Part shown: positions 62,591 through 64,000 of the stretch, piece by piece
Position numbering within the stretch: position 1 is the stretch's first letter
Layout: each line of letters starts with the position of its first letter
DNA from: an uncultured virus (IMG/VR IMGVR_UViG_3300043568_000079)
Lineage: Duplodnaviria; Heunggongvirae; Uroviricota; Caudoviricetes
IMG/VR virus record: IMGVR_UViG_3300043568_000079
Location: 1-64,000 of that record
Direction: 5' to 3' (one strand)
DNA length: 64,000 nucleotides
The notes under the pieces: model-generated
Database searches by the model: none
The model's input: only the letters and a program-made list of their open reading frames with translations
Told to the model about the DNA's origin: nothing
Translations under genes and position numbers: made by a program

Positions 62591-64000
62591 ATGAGCTGGA
62601 AAAAATACTTCACCCCTGTTAATGCTTCAGGAACCCTAAGTCCTATTAGTGGTGCTCGCGGCTCTGATATGTCCAATCCTACACATAGGAATTATTCGAG
62701 TTTCTTACCTGATGTTTATTCTGGACATCCAAATCGTTTAGAACGATACGGTCAGTATGATACTATGGATGCAGACAGCGAAGTTAATGCCGCCTTGGAT
62801 ATTTTAGCAGAATTCTGTACACAGCAAAACGAAGAAAATGGAACACCATTTCGTGTGTTCTTCAAAGAACAAGCAACATCGACTGAAGTAAAAGTTATTA
62901 GAAAACTCATGCAACAGTGGACTAAACTAAACAAATTTCAAACAAGAATGTTTAAGATTGTTCGCAACAGTTTCAAATACGGTGATGTTTTCTTCGTACG
63001 TGATCCGGAAACACAAGCATGGATGTATATCGATCCATCTAAAGTTGATAAGATTATTGTTAACGAATCAGAAGGCAAAAAGCCAGAACAATATATTATC
63101 CGTGACTTCAACCCAAACTTAGAAACACTGTCAACAACTGCTATTAGTCCTACTAACATTACAGGCGGCGGTACACATTATAATAACAATTCCGGAACAG
63201 GCATGAGTCGTGGAATGACTGGTAGTTTTCCTAATACTACTGGAGGAAGTCGATTTCAACAGAATGAAAATCAATATGCAATAGATGCAAACCATGTGAT
63301 TCATATTAGCATGAGCGAAGGAATGGATAACAATCATCCATTTGGAAACAGTTTGTTAGAATCAATTTTTAAAGTTTACAAGCAGAAAGAATTGCTTGAA
63401 GATGCTATCATTATCTATCGTATTCAACGTGCTCCAGAACGCCGTGTATTCTATATTGACGTAGGTAATATGCCAAGCCACTTGGCTATGGGCTTTGTTG
63501 AGCGAGTTAAAAATGAAGTAAATCAAAGACGCATTCCAAGCGTTACTGGCGGAAGTCAAAGTGTTATTGATGCCGGATATAATCCTTTATCTATCAACGA
63601 AGATTACTTCTTTCCACAGACAGCTGAAGGTCGAGGCAGTAAAGTTGAAGTACTACCAGGCGGTACTAACCTAGGAGAGATTGATGATCTTAAATATTTT
63701 ACTAATAAGTTGTTTAGGGCTTTACGCATTCCTAGCAGTTATCTACCTACTGGTTCCGACGACGGAGGATCTAACTTTAATGATGGTCGAGTTGGAACAG
63801 CCTATATACAAGAGTTACGATTTAACAAATACTGCGAACGACTACAAAGTTTAATGAATGAACATTTTGATACAGAATTTAAACTGTATCTGCATAACAA
63901 AGGCATCAATGTAGACAGTAATATATTTGAAGTTAAGTTCAACCCTCCACAAAACTTTGCTGCTTATCGTCAAACAGAAATGGATACTGCTCGTGTAACT
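62591..64000 (+). CDS. Portal vertex protein (T4 gp20-like); runs off the 3' end and is missing from the ORF track
   Basis: My translation from ATG 62591: MSWKKYF...EVNAALD...LLEDAIIIYRIQRAPERRVFYIDVGNMP...EDYFFP...GRGSKVEVLPGG.NLGEIDD. Confidence 0.93.
   Translation, partial: MSWKKYFTPVNASGTLSPISGARGSDMSNPTHRNYSSFLPDVYSGHPNRLERYGQYDTMDADSEVNAALDILAEFCTQQNEENGTPFRVFFKEQATSTEVKVIRKLMQQWTKLNKFQTRMFKIVRNSFKYGDVFFVRDPETQAWMYIDPSKVDKIIVNESEGKKPEQYIIRDFNPNLETLSTTAISPTNITGGGTHYNNNSGTGMSRGMTGSFPNTTGGSRFQQNENQYAIDANHVIHISMSEGMDNNHPFGNSLLESIFKVYKQKELLEDAIIIYRIQRAPERRVFYIDVGNMPSHLAMGFVERVKNEVNQRRIPSVTGGSQSVIDAGYNPLSINEDYFFPQTAEGRGSKVEVLPGGTNLGEIDDLKYFTNKLFRALRIPSSYLPTGSDDGGSNFNDGRVGTAYIQELRFNKYCERLQSLMNEHFDTEFKLYLHNKGINVDSNIFEVKFNPPQNFAAYRQTEMDTARVT

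Noticed and set aside
1..64000. Stop-codon reassignment, tRNA genes, integrase or IS elements, reverse transcriptase/DGR
   Set aside because: Recognised genes are full length in code 11, and I saw no cloverleaf, recombinase, transposase or RT motifs. tRNAscan was not run.

Overview
A 64-kb segment of a large T4-like (myovirus-type) dsDNA bacteriophage genome read in standard code 11. I saw no tRNAs, CRISPR arrays, integrase or IS elements. The + strand from 1 to 21056 holds replication and nucleotide-metabolism genes: DsbA-like protein, family B DNA polymerase, sliding clamp, RNase H-like 5'-3' exonuclease, MoxR AAA+/vWA pair, DHFR and ThyA. It also holds a 7-deazaguanine DNA-modification island (DpdA-like transglycosylase, T-fold protein with an LxxxHRHxF motif, glycosyltransferase, cupin, MazG, QueE) with an inverted radical SAM gene inside it. 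The - strand from 21053 to 53204 is a tail/baseplate module: three paralogous fibre-like proteins, an S8 protease, a collagen-repeat protein, a 4732-aa virion protein, gp6, gp25, gp5 with a GH19 domain, and gp53/gp48-like genes. From 53314 onward come a gp55-like late sigma factor, gp47/gp46, Hc1-like proteins, a GIY-YIG nuclease, a ~500-bp densely base-paired non-coding region, a gp26/gp51-like pair joined by a -1 slippery site, a tape measure-like gene and the 5' part of the portal gene. The best leads are (1) a possible extended 7-deazaguanine hypermodification pathway, (2) a large putative structured ncRNA, (3) a G/GT-style programmed frameshift, and (4) RNA operators over the start sites of the polymerase gene and a late gene. 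All family assignments come from motifs I recognised by eye; no database searches were run.
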